A stretch of 63,833 bases of DNA, filler included, from Octopus bimaculoides (taxonomy: Eukaryota), in assembly GCF_001194135.2 (NCBI RefSeq). It is 5 parts of 5 records of this genome, joined end to end, with 100 filler letters (N's around TTAATTAATTAA, not from the genome) between each part and the next. Parts side by side here need not be neighbours in the genome. Positions count along the whole stretch, not along the records: positions 1 to 18,197 come from NC_068984.1; 4 more parts are not named here. One strand, 5' to 3'. The first letter of the stretch is position 1, and each line of letters starts with the position of its first letter. Positions 1 to 10,549 of this stretch are shown one piece after another. Below the pieces are notes generated by a model. That model had not been told where the DNA came from. It worked only from the letters and a program-made list of their open reading frames with translations, and made no database searches. A program made the translations under genes and the position numbers.

Positions 1-212
1 TATATATACATATATATATATAAACAATATAAGAGTATATGCATATATATGTACATGTATGTACATACCTTCATCTACATGTACATATAGATACATATCT
101 GGGTACATGACGTTGCAAAATAACATGGACACAATGATAAACAAGGTACAACAAACAAGCAGGCCACATAGAGAACATATCCTTCATCAGCTGCCACCAT
201 TAAAACACCGGC
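1..212 (-). repeat. ~200-bp interspersed repeat, copy 1 of 3 (others at 3765-3978 and 58033-58207)
   Basis: Near-identical to 3765-3970 (e.g. GTACATACCTTCATCTACATGTACATATAGATACAT...ACAACAAACAAGCAGGCCACATAG...TTCATCAGCTG..ACCATTAAAACACCGGC). Abuts a TA microsatellite. Confidence 0.85.
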
Positions 213-588
213 AAGTGGTTTTGGTATCCAGAAAATCTAAAAGGCAGGTGAGGCTATGTATGTACTACGGAAGGACCGTTGTTAGACTCCCGGTTCGATA
301 ATAGTATGTGTGAGGATTCTAACGCGAGTCGAATATTGGGGTATATAAGCCTTCGACGGAAAAAGTAGAACTTGCCCCAATATTCGACTATTTAACTTAG
401 TCAATGCACGGTGATCGATTAAATGCTTTAAGCTTAGAAATAGTATTATTATTATTATTATTAACAAATTGTAAAATTCAGCAGTGCTTACCAAATAATC
501 GCATCAAACGCACATGGCGAGTTTGTTTACAAAAATCAACACTATGGAGTTATATTCCTTAAATCTAGCGGTAAGAAGCTTCATTTAC

Positions 589-770
589 GTTAGTGTAAAT
601 GGTAGCACAATTGATGCGAATACATAGAGTTGTGGGTTCGAGTCTCATGCGAACGGTAAGACCTACTTTTTTTCCCGTCGGGGACCTTATATGCACCAAT
701 ATTAGACTATTTAACTTAGTCAATGCACAGTGATTGTTTGTAAGCTTTAAGCTTATAAAATATTGCTGTT
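589..770 (+). mobile_element. tRNA-derived SINE (head plus body plus AT-rich tail)
   Basis: A-box-like TAGTGTAAATGG (591-602) and B-box-like GGTTCGAGTCT (635-645). The body is duplicated at 327-440. No complete cloverleaf. Confidence 0.6.
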
Positions 771-953
771 ATTATTTACATATGTGTATATATTTATATA
801 TACGCATATGCAAATATATATGTTCGTGTTTGTCCGTGTATGTACATGCATTAAGTGTGTATATATATATATATATATATATATGTAAATTTATTTTCAT
901 TTATATATACATACTCACACACACGTACTCAAGCATTCACACATATGATTATA

Positions 954-2254
954 CGAGGTAGTATCAGAAAGTTCCCGGACCAGTTCTGTGGCGCGCCAAC
1001 ACATGGTAGTACACGGTTGTGTGCGCAGTAAGAACTAGCAGTGACCTTCATGAGACAGTGTGCCAAGGGAAGCCGTTGTGTTTACTTCACAGGTTATGAA
1101 ATTTGTGTTTTTGTGGTTACGTGTATGCTGTAGTCAGCGATTTTTGTCATCGACAAGAGGATGGAACAAAGAGCCAACGTGAAATTTTACGTGAAACTTG
1201 AGAAGTCTCTTACAGAGACATTGAGGATGCTTCGGCAAACTTACGGCGACGAGGCAATGGGTCGTATGCAATGGCACGGGTGCTTCAAAAGCGGATGAAC
1301 ATTCCTGGAAGACGATGAACGATCTGGAAGACCTGCTTGTGCATGAGGATCGTCGGAAGACATTGCTGATGTTGTTGGTCAGTCGCATGAGTCCGTTCAG
1401 GCAATCCTAAAGTCTGAATTGAACATGCTGATTGTATCTGCAAAGTTTGTCCCCCGTCTGCTGACCGCTGAGCTAGAAGAGCATCGCATCGAAGTCTATC
1501 AAGACCTCCGTCAGCGTGCCGCTGATGACCCATCCTTCATGTCGAAGATCATCACTGGTAACGAGAATTGGGTCTACGGGTACGACCCTGAGACGAAGCA
1601 GCAGTCGTCACAATTGAAGAGGCATTCATCTCCACTACTGAAGAAGGCACGACACAACTACAGTTCAATCAAGACCATGCTCATTGTTATTTTATTTCCT
1701 TTTTGTTTACAACACCACGGTATTATGCATCAAGAATTCGTCCCCCAGAGCCAGACCATCAATCGAGAGTTCTACTGCAACGTTTGAGAGAAGACATTCG
1801 GCGAAATGGATCTGTGGAGTACGAAGAATTAAGTTCTTCATGACGACGATACAGCCTGTCACCAAGTTAACTTCGATAACTTTGATAGGTTTTGGCCAGT
1901 ATAAGCCCAAGCCATGAGTTCCCATTTGTGATTTTTTCGCCAAAGACATGGTATCGCTTCCGCTACCGCCCTATTCGCCAGATTTAGTACCTGCGGACTT
2001 CCATCTCTTGCCCAACATGAAAATACAGCTCAAAGGTCGCCGTTTTAACACCGTTAAAGAGCGAATCGCAAAATATCCTCGACTCGCTTATGTAAAAGCC
2101 ATTTTCAGGCCATATTCCGAAAATGGCAGCAACGCTGGAAAGGTTGTATTACCGCGCAAGGTGACTATTTCGAAAAGATGAAGTTAAAACTTAGGTAAAT
2201 AAGTAATTTTTTTATTAAACATAATTAGTCCGGGAACTCTTTGAAACTACCTTG
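954..2254 (+). mobile_element. Full-length but defective mariner (DD34D) DNA transposon
   Basis: Imperfect 27-bp TIRs (CGAGGTAGTATCAGAAAGTTCCCGGAC / GTCCGGGAACTCTTTGAAACTACCTTG) flanked by TA at 952-953 and 2255-2256. Transposase pseudogene inside. Confidence 0.93.
1161..2181 (+). pseudogene. Mariner transposase pseudogene (frameshifts, stops, first catalytic D mutated to N)
   Basis: MEQRANVKFYVKLEKS... at 1161; LEDDERSGRP; IITGNENWVYGYDPETKQQSSQ (ORF 1419-1787); LPPYSPDLVPADF (ORF 1948-2181). Confidence 0.92.
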
Positions 2255-2549
2255 TAAAATACATACATACATACATTATATAGATACATGTATGAATTTC
2301 TATCAGAACGTCAGTATGTATGTATGTATGTATGTGTGTGTGTCTTGTATGTAAAATACGCGTTATGTATTGTCTAAGAAAAGAGAATAACTGGAAAAAT
2401 TGATTAAGAAAACACAAGCGTTTGAACAAGTGCATGTGGCTAAATAAAGTTGGAGAAGGAAACGATAAAGATGAGTGAGAGAACAAAAGGAAATGGTGGC
2501 ATGTGCATAGAGCGATTGATAAACAGGCAGACAGACAGACGCATAGATG

Positions 2550-2601
<52 letters not shown>

Positions 2602-3489
2602 CATACATGCATACATACATACATACATAGATAGATAGATAGATATTTAAAGTGGAGGGGAATGAGGGTGGAGTTACAGAAACGGAAGTTTGAAAACGGC
2701 TATTGTTTTCCGCCTTTCATTTGGAACAAATCTTTAGAACAACACCACTAGCAGATATGAGACAGATGAACAGCTGAAATTTTAGCTTTCAGTTTCATTC
2801 CATTCTTCCCTGCTGTGATGCCCGAAATTTAATCCACGTAATATATAAATCTCAGNNNNNNNNNNNNNNNNNNNNNNNNNNNNNNNNNNNNNNNNNNNNN
2901 NNNNNNNNNNNNNNNNNNNNNNNNNNNNNNNNNNNNNNNNNNNNNNNNNNNNNNNNNNNNNNNNNNNNNNNNNNNNNNNNNNNNNNNNNNNNNNNNNNNN
3001 NNNNNNNNNNNNNNNNNNNNNNNNNNNNNNNNNNNNNNNNNNNNNNNNNNNNNNNNNNNNNNNNNNNNNNNNNNNNNNNNNNNNNNNNNNNNNNNNNNNN
3101 NNNNNNNNNNNNNNNNNNNNNNNNNNNNNNNNNNNNNNNNNNNNNNNNNNNNNNNNNNNNNNNNNNNNNNNNNNNNNNNNNNNNNNNNNNNNNNNNNNNN
3201 NNNNNNNNNNNNNNNNNNNNNNNNNNNNNNNNNNNNNNNNNNNNNNNNNNNNNNNNNNNNNNNNNNNNNNNNNNNNNNNNNNNNNNNNNNNNNNNNNNNN
3301 NNNNNNNNNNNNNNNNNNNNNNNNNNNNNNNNNNNNNNNNNNNNNNNNNNNNNNNNATATATATATATATATATATATACAGATATGAATACATAGATAT
3401 AAATATATACATAAACATGCACGCACAGGCGCGCGCGCACACACATACAGACTTTTTTTTTACCTTTTATCGTTTTTTTTTTTTCGTGT

Positions 3490-3740
3490 TTCATTCATGT
3501 GACTGCGACCATGCTGGTGCTCGCTCCACGTTTAAGGTTTTAGTTGGACGAATCAATGCCGGTACTTTTTTTCTTTTTAAGACGGTTACTTATACTATCT
3601 GTTATTTCCTGAACCGCTAGATTACGGGGACCTAAACAAACCAACACCGGGTCTATTGTAGAAGACACTAGCCCGTGGTATTGTACCCACAACCATGTGG
3701 TTGCGAATCAAACTTCTTACCACAGAGCCACCTCTACGCC
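3490..3740 (-). mobile_element. tRNA-derived SINE family B, internally deleted copy
   Basis: Reverse complement of the GGCTCTGTGGTAAG...AACCACATGG head and CAGCATGGTCGCAGTC tail shared with 54276-54716 and 61690-61860. Confidence 0.7.
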
Positions 3741-3764
3741 TATGTAATGCACATATGTATAATG

Positions 3765-3978
3765 TATATATATATATATAAACAATATATGAGTATATGC
3801 ATATATATGTACATGTATGTACATACCTTCATCTACATGTACATATAGATACATAACTGGGTACATGACGTGGCAAAAAAACATGGACAAAATGATAAGC
3901 AAGGTACAACAAACAAGCAGGCCACATAGAAACATCTTCTTCATCAGCTGACACCATTAAAACACCGGCGTTTCGAAG
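3765..3978 (-). repeat. ~200-bp interspersed repeat, copy 2
   Basis: Direct repeat of 1-212. The minus strand starts TTCTTCGAAACGCCGGTGTTTTAATGGTGTCAGCTGATGAAGAAG. Confidence 0.85.
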
Positions 3979-4356
3979 AATATATATATATATATATATA
4001 TATATATGGATGAATGTACGTACGTATGTGTATGTTTAGATACGCTTACAACCAGAAATAAGAATTGGTCCACAAATATAAAGACATGCTTATCAATGCG
4101 TTTATGTAATATACGTAAGTGTACGAATGTATGTGTGTATGTGTGTGCGTGTGTGTGTAGACGCATGTGAGTACATATACACCAACAGGTATATCTACTT
4201 ATACAGAACGTAAATTCTTGATTTATTTTTGAAAACAAAAAGGATCTACATCTACCCCCATTTCAAAAAGGTAAATAATCTCAAGAATCAAGAATTCTCC
4301 AAAGTTGACATACTATAAAGAAAGCGCATATTGTCGCTTGAAGATAGAAGGACAAT

Positions 4357-4397
4357 TGTGTACTGGTGTTTTTGCCTCAGTTGGCATCATCAGCACA
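4357..4397 (-). ncRNA. Degenerate minimal type-I hammerhead ribozyme motif (Penelope-type relic)
   Basis: Minus strand: TGTG-CTGATGA-T-GCC-AACTGA-GGC-AAAAAC-ACCA-GTA-CACA. Stems I and II pair, but GAAAC reads AAAAAC. Confidence 0.5.
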
Positions 4398-4575
4398 GCA
4401 TCTGTCCCAACCTGTTTTCATTACTGAAGGTACATGGCATAAAAAAGTAGTAGAGATTTATGGCCTACGTTTATGAACAACACACACACACACACACACT
4501 CACTCACTCACTCACTCACTCACTCACTCACTCACACACACAGATATTTTTATACACACACAGATATTTTTATAC

Positions 4576-4606
<31 letters not shown>

Positions 4607-4737
4607 CATACATAAAGGTATATACACTCACACTTTCACACACATATTAATGTTTGTCTTTATGTTAGAATAAAAACCATCTTACATTAAACTGAGGGGT
4701 TACTCGAGGACAAATTTATTATTCATTAACAAGAATA

Positions 4738-4833
4738 GTATTGACAGTGGCTTCGAAGTTCCGCCAGTTAAGCCTTCATCAAACAGTCTGATGGTTACTT
4801 AGCTAGCGGAATCTTCGAAGTTACTGTCAATAC
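4738..4833. other. 96-nt imperfect hairpin (MITE-like or pre-miRNA-like)
   Basis: GTATTGACAGTGGCTTCGAAGTTCCGCCAGTTAAG pairs with CTTAGCTAGCGGAATCTTCGAAGTTACTGTCAATAC; inner stem CATCA/TGATG. Confidence 0.8.
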
Positions 4834-4927
4834 ATACATACATACATACATACATACATGCATGCATGCATACATACATACATATGCACATGCATATATA
4901 TCCATATATATCCACATGTATATATCT

Positions 4928-5705
4928 TTTCTTCTAATTTTTATCTTTTACTGATTTCAGCCCAGGGCTGAGGTCATCCTGGTTCACCACCTGTAGTTAC
5001 TCGGTGTGGTTTCCGTTATTGTTTGTGGTGACGTAACGAGTTGGACGGAGCCGCTCTTCTTTGCGTCTCCTGCCGCGATGTGGGTTCATCAGTTATTTCA
5101 GATAGAAATCTGACCAGACGTTCCTTGAAAACTTCTACATGTAGATCTCTAAGGTTGCATGGCAGGATGTTGAACAATCGCGGGCCCTTGAAACCCCGAC
5201 TATTGCAGTACTCTGTCCTTATTTTATATGGTATGATGCAATGCCGTCCAGTTGGTGGATTGGTATAGCTGTCAATTCCAAAATTGGCAGCTAAACCCTC
5301 CAAGATCTTCCAAATAGTTTTCACCGCATATCTCTCTCGTCTTCTCTCCAGGGAATATAAACTCAGCTCCTTTCTCCTCTCCCAGTAGCCCATCTTTTGC
5401 ATTGAGACAGTCTTCTTTGTGTATTGGCACTGGATTGCTTCGAGTTCCAGAGTTTGTTTCACATTCTCTGGGGACCATGGTTGGGAGCAGTAGACCAAGC
5501 GACTGAGAACAAAAGTCCTCTATAGGAGAAGCAGGGCCTCCATTTTCCTGGTTTTGAATGTCCTCAGAATCCATCTAGCCACTCGCCTGCACAGTGTTGA
5601 CATCTTGGTAATATGCACATGGAATGTTGCATCATTGCTCATGTGAAACCCCAGGTCACGCACTGACTCTGACTCTGGGATCGGATCGTATTACCCTCTG
5701 GTAAT
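4928..5705 (-). mobile_element. 5'-truncated CR1/L2-group LINE (RT C-terminus plus 3' tail), defective
   Basis: ORF 5016-5498 YCSQPWSP...LEAIQ...YWERRKELSLYSLERRRERY...WKILEG; homologous to 61992-63198. Confidence 0.85.
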
Positions 5706-7295
5706 AGATATATGTGTGTGTGCGTTTGTGTGTGCGCGTGTGTGTGTGTGCGTGTATGTATGTATGTGTGTGTATGTATGTATGTATGTATGTATGTATG
5801 TATGTATGTATGTATGTATGTATGTATGTTCGTGCTTATGCAAGGATGAAAGTAAGTCTGAACAACCAGGCTGAATGTCTGACGGCTTTCATCTGAAAAG
5901 ATGAGTCAAACATCAAAAGTTTTTTAAAAAAATACTTGATAGTGTCTCAGTATTTGAAGACAGATCTTCTTAAAAGTTATTCGTTATATAAAAAAAAAAA
6001 AATAACAATGCTACGATCTTTTTGGAAAAAACGTTTAGTTTGTGCGTTGTGTGTAAGCGTTTTCGTTATCCAACATTTCAAGCAAACATGTTCTGGGCTA
6101 ATCCGTATCGGGAAAAATGTTTTTAATAATGGCGTTGACTATTTTCGGTTCAGTGTCAAACTTATATATCTTATAAAGTGTTTGTATTTTATCTTTGGTA
6201 GTTAATTATTTTCTTCACTGATTCTGAAAAGAGGAAATATTTTGAATTTTCCATTTGCACAAATGTTTAGATGTTCACAACATGAAAGATTTCTATGCGA
6301 CGAATCTTNNNNNNNNNNNNNNNNNNNNNNNNNNNNNNNNNNNNNNNNNNNNNNNNNNNNNNNNNNNNNNNNNNNNNNNNNNNNNNNNNNNNNNNNNNNN
6401 NNNNNNNNNNNNNNNNNNNNNNNNNNNNNNNNNNNNNNNNNNNNNNNNNNNNNNNNNNNNNNNNNNNNNNNNNNNNNNNNNNNNNNNNNNNNNNNNNNNN
6501 NNNNNNNNNNNNNNNNNNNNNNNNNNNNNNNNNNNNNNNNNNNNNNNNNNNNNNNNNNNNNNNNNNNNNNNNNNNNNNNNNNNNNNNNNNNNNNNNNNNN
6601 NNNNNNNNNNNNNNNNNNNNNNNNNNNNNNNNNNNNNNNNNNNNNNNNNNNNNNNNNNNNNNNNNNNNNNNNNNNNNNNNNNNNNNNNNNNNNNNNNNNN
6701 NNNNNNNNNNNNNNNNNNNNNNNNNNNNNNNNNNNNNNNNNNNNNNNNNNNNNNNNNNNNNNNNNNNNNNNNNNNNNNNNNNNNNNNNNNNNNNNNNNNN
6801 NNNNNNNNNNNNNNNNNNNNNNNNNNNNNNNNNNNNNNNNNNNNNNNNNNNNNNNNNNNNNNNNNNNNNNNNNNNNNNNNNNNNNNNNNNNNNNNNNNNN
6901 NNNNNNNNNNNNNNNNNNNNNNNNNNNNNNNNNNNNNNNNNNNNNNNNNNNNNNNNNNNNNNNNNNNNNNNNNNNNNNNNNNNNNNNNNNNNNNNNNNNN
7001 NNNNNNNNNNNNNNNNNNNNNNNNNNNNNNNNNNNNNNNNNNNNNNNNNNNNNNNNNNNNNNNNNNNNNNNNNNNNNNNNNNNNNNNNNNNNNNNNNNNN
7101 NNNNNNNNNNNNNNNNNNNNNNNNNNNNNNNNNNNNNNNNNNNNNNNNNNNNNNNNNNNNNNNNNNNNNNNNNNNNNNNNNNNNNNNNNNNNNNNNNNNN
7201 NNNNNNNNNNNNNNNNNNNNNNNNNNNNNNNNNNNNNNNNNNNNNNNNNNNNNNNNNNNNNNNNNNNNNNNNNNNNNNNNNNNNNNNNNNNNNNN

Positions 7296-7364
<69 letters not shown>

Positions 7365-8316
7365 TGCGTGCGCGCGCCTGAATGCTTGTCTGTACGTTTT
7401 GTAAAACAATATACCATCTGTTTTAGAAACAGGCTCTAGCAATAATTTGTTATATAGAGTTAATTCATAATCTCCTTGGTTAGTTATGTAATATTTCAGC
7501 CAGTGATATTACGTATGAGTACGTGTGAGTTTGTACACACGCACTATTGTGTGTGTGTTCATTTGGAATATGTATCTGTGAGAATGAGTGATAATTCACA
7601 TTTCTCTATTTTTTTTATTTTCTGTATTTAGCATGTATAATTGCACTAAACAACGAGTTGTGTACTTAATTTCAATATAGCTTATATAATAATATTCAGA
7701 AATTCATATGATAGATGATGCTATGAAAAACGAGCTGTACCTGAATGAAAGACGCCATTGAGCGAGTACGAGCAATTTCACACCTGCAGGCGTTCTACCG
7801 ACGCCTAATGGCAAGACCTACAAATTGGAAAGGAGATATATGTCCTCGGGTGTATGACACAAACATCCGGATTTTGCAATTGGAACCGTTTTTCAAAGTT
7901 TAAAAAGCCAACTGTACTCCCGCTACCCACCTTCACTCGTTCATACGCAACACACATACACACACATATGTGCATGTGCACACACATCCACACTTGTAAC
8001 TTTGATCTTTCATAATAAAATCCAGACAATGTTTGTTCCGTTAAACCCATCATTTGTCTCAAATGCCCACCGAGGCTATTGTTCATGAATTTACGAAATA
8101 AGAAATAAAACAAAAAATAAATAATAAATATGTTTATCCCAATTAATTTCATGAGCAACGAAAAATGAACGCTACAAAGTTAATTGATCAAGGTGCCAAC
8201 AACGAAGCCGCTCAGTGGTCGCTTTTTCTGCTAGAAATAGTGGTAAATTCTCCTTCAAATCTAACATTGTCAACCGTCGTAAACAGAAGGATAAATTAGA
8301 TAATGTAGAATTTTAC

Positions 8317-8469
8317 CACAGCGTGGCTGTGTGATAAGAAGCTTCTTTCCCAATCTCCAATCTCATGTTTCCGGGTTCACATCCACTGCGTCGCAATCTG
8401 AGCAAGTGTCCAATGCTATAGTCTCATCTATAGGCTGATCAAATCCTTGTGAGTAGATTTAGTAGACAG
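8317..8469 (+). mobile_element. SINE family B 5' half
   Basis: GTGGCTGTGTGATAAG...CCGGGTTCACATCCACTGCG...CCTTGTGAGTAGATTTAGTAGACAG. Confidence 0.75.
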
Positions 8470-9119
8470 TATATGTATGTATGTATATATATATATATAT
8501 ATATTGGATAATAAAACGAATGGTTTACACTTGGTAGCTTACTGGTAAATCACAGTCACTTTCACAGTGATCGTTATGTATATGGCAAATGAAAGACGGA
8601 AGGGAAGATGGAATATACGAGAATTTATTATTAATCACGACAATTGTTTCTACACATCTAGCATCGATCTATCATTGATGGGACACTCAACAACTGGTTC
8701 AGGAGCATCTGGTGGTCCAGATGTATCTCATCGGGTGATAAATAGACATAACTCGTTAAAATGACAGTTCCGCAATGTAACTTCTCGTTTTGTAGAAAGA
8801 AAAACAGCCAGACAGAGGAAATATCTTCATTTACATAGATGAAAAATAAAATCAGAGATGGCAAAAAGAGAACGAACACGGAATACCGCGAGAAAATTAT
8901 TAAAAAATAACCGTTAACAAAGATGGATGCATAAACGCTCTCGGGCAAGCTGCATGGCACGAGTGCACTCACGCATACAAGCATCCCCGAAAATGTGAGC
9001 ATATGCACACGTAAGGTTTGGTGCACTCATGACCACAAAGCGAGTTAACTATCTAGTTGGTTTGTAAGAATGGGGAGGTTAACAGTAAACTTAAGTCATC
9101 CATACCTTAAAGTAAATTA

Positions 9120-9955
9120 TGTTAACAGTTACTCAAAATTCATTCCCACTGCATTGTGCAAAAGTACATTTATATGCCTGTAGGCATCTCGAGAGTCTTT
9201 CAGAAAGTTTATTAATGATCTTCTCATTAGACCACAGAATAAACCGGGATTCCTCGGAGAAGAGACGGCATCTCCTGGAAATTATGTTGTATGGTTTTGC
9301 GTGCCTTACTATGTACTTCAGTCGCCATACAAAGTCTGCCAAAGATTCTGAATGTCTCTTATTAATTGTCTTAAAGCTGGCGACATGGTTAAAATAACAT
9401 TTCTTGAATGAATCAGCCGTCTGCCCAATGTAAACATATGGCCCTCCTCTTGTGCGCACGATACATTTATATACAAGATTTGAACTCATGCAGAGATTCA
9501 TCAATGGACATTTTGATTCCCTGCCTGAGAATTTATTGTAGTTATTTGTATATGAGGCAGTCTTGACTCCATGTACCGACGTTGTTACCGTGTTAGCTGT
9601 ATCATAAATATTTTTACTATTACAATTTGAGCGTAATAGGTGTTTTTCATTGTGGCTTATATCTACTAATATTTAAAAGCGTGTGTTAGTATTTAAAAGG
9701 TAATTGAACCTTTGTCGCATTTTGCTATTGTTTATGCGATGTATAAGCTGCTCTAAATTAGCAGAGTTAGCGTAGGATACCTTCATTGTGTGCCGATTAA
9801 GAATATCATGATACCGATTAGATTTAGGAAAACATTTGTCCAAAGCAGCAAAACATTTTGCAGTGATCTTAGTTGAAACATGCGAACCGAAAATCTGGTT
9901 GAACCAGAGGACATCCTGATTCCTATATCGGTTGTTAGGAATGAATTTTGAGTAA
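9120..9955 (-). mobile_element. Penelope-like retroelement fragment (linker, Cys-rich motif, GIY-YIG endonuclease), defective
   Basis: VLWFNQIFGSHVSTKI...KCFPK...MKVSY (9673-9955); KCPLMNLCMSSNLVYKC; YVYIGQTADSFKKCYFNHVASF...LADFVWRLK (9133-9504). Confidence 0.8.
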
Positions 9956-9998
9956 CTTGTGAGTAGATTTAGTAGACAGAAACTGAAAGAAGCCTGTC

Positions 9999-10091
<93 letters not shown>

Positions 10092-10145
10092 GTGCGTGTG
10101 TGCATGTACTTGTGTATATGTGTTTGTCCCCTCACCATCGTTTGA
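9956..10145 (+). mobile_element. SINE family B fragment with internal TA/CA microsatellite, abutting the Penelope-like fragment
   Basis: CTTGTGAGTAGATTTAGTAGACAGAAACTGAAAGAAGCCTGTCG...TGTTTGTCCCCTCACCATCG. Confidence 0.8.
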
Positions 10146-10549
10146 ATGAGTAGGAATTGAACTTGCATTCGTAGACTCGACTGGCTGAGAAGTTAACTAA
10201 CTACACTCAGTGAGAATAGACAATACGTATGTATGTATGTATGTATGTATGTATGTATGTATGTATGTATGTATGTTTATATGTATATATATATATATAT
10301 ATATAAATATATATANNNNNNNNNNNNNNNNNNNNNNNNNNNNNNNNNNNNNNNNNNNNNNNNNNNNNNNNNNNNNNNNNNNNNNNNNNNNNNNNNNNNN
10401 NNNNNNNNNNNNNNNNNNNNNNNNNNNNNNNNNNNNNNNNNNNNNNNNNNNNNNNNNNNNNNNNNNNNNNNNNNNNNNNNNNNNNNNNNNNNNNNNNNNN
10501 NNTTTTTTTTTTTTTGTAGTGACAAGTGGATAACATAAAAAATATATAT

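Noticed and set aside
589-657. tRNA gene
   Set aside because: A and B boxes are present but there is no acceptor stem or cloverleaf, and it continues into a repeated body; treated as a SINE head.
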